Assembly (NCBI GenBank): GCA_904063045.1
Contig: CAJFCJ010000045.1
Span: 32,906 to 96,905 of the forward strand
Length of the DNA stretch: 64,000 bases
Reading direction: 5' to 3'
DNA from: Dimorphilus gyrociliatus
Taxonomy: Eukaryota > Animalia > Annelida
Shown: piece after piece, positions 62,501 to 64,000 of the stretch
Numbering within the stretch: position 1 is the stretch's first letter
How the letters are laid out: the number at the start of each line of letters is the position of its first letter
The notes under the pieces: model-generated
Seen by the model: only the letters and a program-made list of their open reading frames with translations
Told to the model about the DNA's origin: nothing
The model's database searches: none
Translations under genes and position numbers: made by a program

Positions 62501-64000
62501 GCAAATGCACCTTCACACTTCAGCTATATCATGGCAAATTTTGTTATTAATGGATTGGAAAACTTCTGCATTAATTATATGGATGATATTATAGTTTTTA
62601 CCAAAACATTGGAAGAACACTTTGTAGCTCTACAGAAACTTATGGAAAGAATCAAGGAAAAAGACTTCAGAATTAAACTGAGCAAATGTGCATTCCTACA
62701 AGAATCAGTTCAATTCCTTGGTCATAGAATTACACAGAATGGTATTGAAACTGATCCTGAAAAGATTCAAAAAATAAAAGATGCCAAATTACCTATGTTT
62801 GCAAATACTCTGTTGAGTTTTGTGGCATTTTGTGGTTATTATAGAAGATTTGTTAAAGATTTTGCAAAAATCACAAAACCTTTGAGAGAATTATTAAAAG
62901 TACACCAAAAGACAGAAAAACTGAAATGGACAAAAAAAGCAGAGGAAGCTTATGAAACACTAAGGAATGCAATGACAGAGCCCCCAATCCTTCAACTGCC
63001 AGACTTTACTAAATCATTCTATTTAACAACAGATGCTTCTAATTATGCAGTTGGTGCAGTTCTAGAACAAGAATGGGAAGAAGATGGAAAGAAAATAAGA
63101 AAACCAATTTCTTTTGCTTCCAAGCTCCTAATCAATACACAACTAAGATATGCAGCTTATCAAAAAGAGGCTTTTGCAGTATATTGGGCAGTACAAAAAT
63201 TCTCCCATTATCTACAGTATAAGAAATTTTTCTCTACACTGATCACCAAAATTTGGTACAAACATTTGTACAAAACAAACTGAATACAAGTACTGTTAAA
63301 TGGGTGATGGCACTTATGGATATGGATTTTGAAATAATATACATACCAGGAAGAACTAATAGAGCAGACTGGATATCAAGAATTGGTGAAACTGATGAAG
63401 TAATTGATTTTCGTAATTTACTTAAGGAAAGATTAAATGAAGAAAAACAAAATGGCAATACAGTTCCCCAATTAGCAGAAAGAAAGGATATGCTTAAATG
63501 CTTTTATATTGATACAGAGGACTTAGAAGAATTAGATGATTGTTTAGATGACAATCTAGACAATGATTATGATGAAGACATAACTGAAATCCAAGCCCAG
63601 ATTATGAAACTAAAAATCACACCAGTTGAAATAAACTTCTATAGAGAACAAGTATTAGATACTCCACTAATGAAAGTTGTAGACAAATTGGAAGGAGAAA
63701 ACATTGATAATGGGTCTTTGAATGAATATGGAAACTTTATTGAATCTATGTTTGTAAAAGAAGACCTTGTATGGTATCTAAATGGCTGTCAACCACTACT
63801 TGTAATTCCACTATCAACTCTAACCAACTTACTTGGACAAATTCATCAACATCAACTATTTGAGCACTATGGTGTAGACATAACAATTCACACTTTGGAG
63901 CAAGCTTTCTGGCACCCAAAGCTAAAGAAAACAATTAAAGATCACATAAAGAGTTGTGAATTTTGTGAGCAATTAAGAGCACCAGGCAACAAACATCTGT
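59567..64000 (+). mobile_element. Ty3/Gypsy LTR retrotransposon gag-pro-pol (single long ORF, one frameshift near 63230, runs off the window end)
   Basis: Gag-like region; protease ALCDSGA; RT SPIVFVKKK...RMCVDYRKLN...LDL...MPFGL.NAP...YMDD; RNase H TDAS...KEAFAV. The shifted frame continues LYTDHQNL...YIPGRTNRADWISR and integrase zinc finger HQHQLFEHYGV...CEFC, open to base 64000. Domain order PR-RT-RH-IN. Confidence 0.95.

Noticed and set aside
63224-63232. Programmed -1 frameshift at GAAATTTTTC
   Set aside because: Not a canonical X XXY YYZ site in the right phase, and it falls inside RNase H, where programmed shifts are not expected.

Overview
AT-rich, intron-containing animal DNA with very short introns (about 50-90 nt) and TTAGGG-type repeats. 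A compact lophotrochozoan genome such as a small annelid is plausible, but that is inference only. The window has two compartments. Bases 1 to about 43.8 kb are gene-dense and mostly CpG-rich. They contain a TRPM-like channel, a complete 3-exon vitellogenin with a clear promoter, two paralogous N-terminal-box plus LRR genes (one broken), and a secreted lamin-tail-like plus ITIH-C-terminal-like gene (probable pseudogene) with scattered fragments. They also contain three tandem SRCR-LDLa-LRR-7TM (GRL101/RXFP-like) receptors, a double-PAN secreted protein, tRNA-Leu(TAA), an orphan multipass membrane protein and an intronless Caspr-like fibrinogen-module protein. A telomeric repeat at about 43.8 kb joins a broken LRR gene to a strongly CpG-depleted, repeat-rich block. 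That block holds an intact-looking 2-exon prepro-peptide gene (acidic propiece, KR site, +13 cationic 4-Cys mature peptide; candidate antimicrobial peptide or toxin) and an array of conserved hairpins with unique spacers. It also holds degraded unknown genes, a DNA-transposon-like end with helically phased 15-mers followed by a spliced PHD-finger gene, and a nearly intact Ty3/Gypsy element whose protease-RT spacer carries four tandem phospho-SIM-like motifs. All gene models, alignments and domain calls were made by eye; no searches were run.
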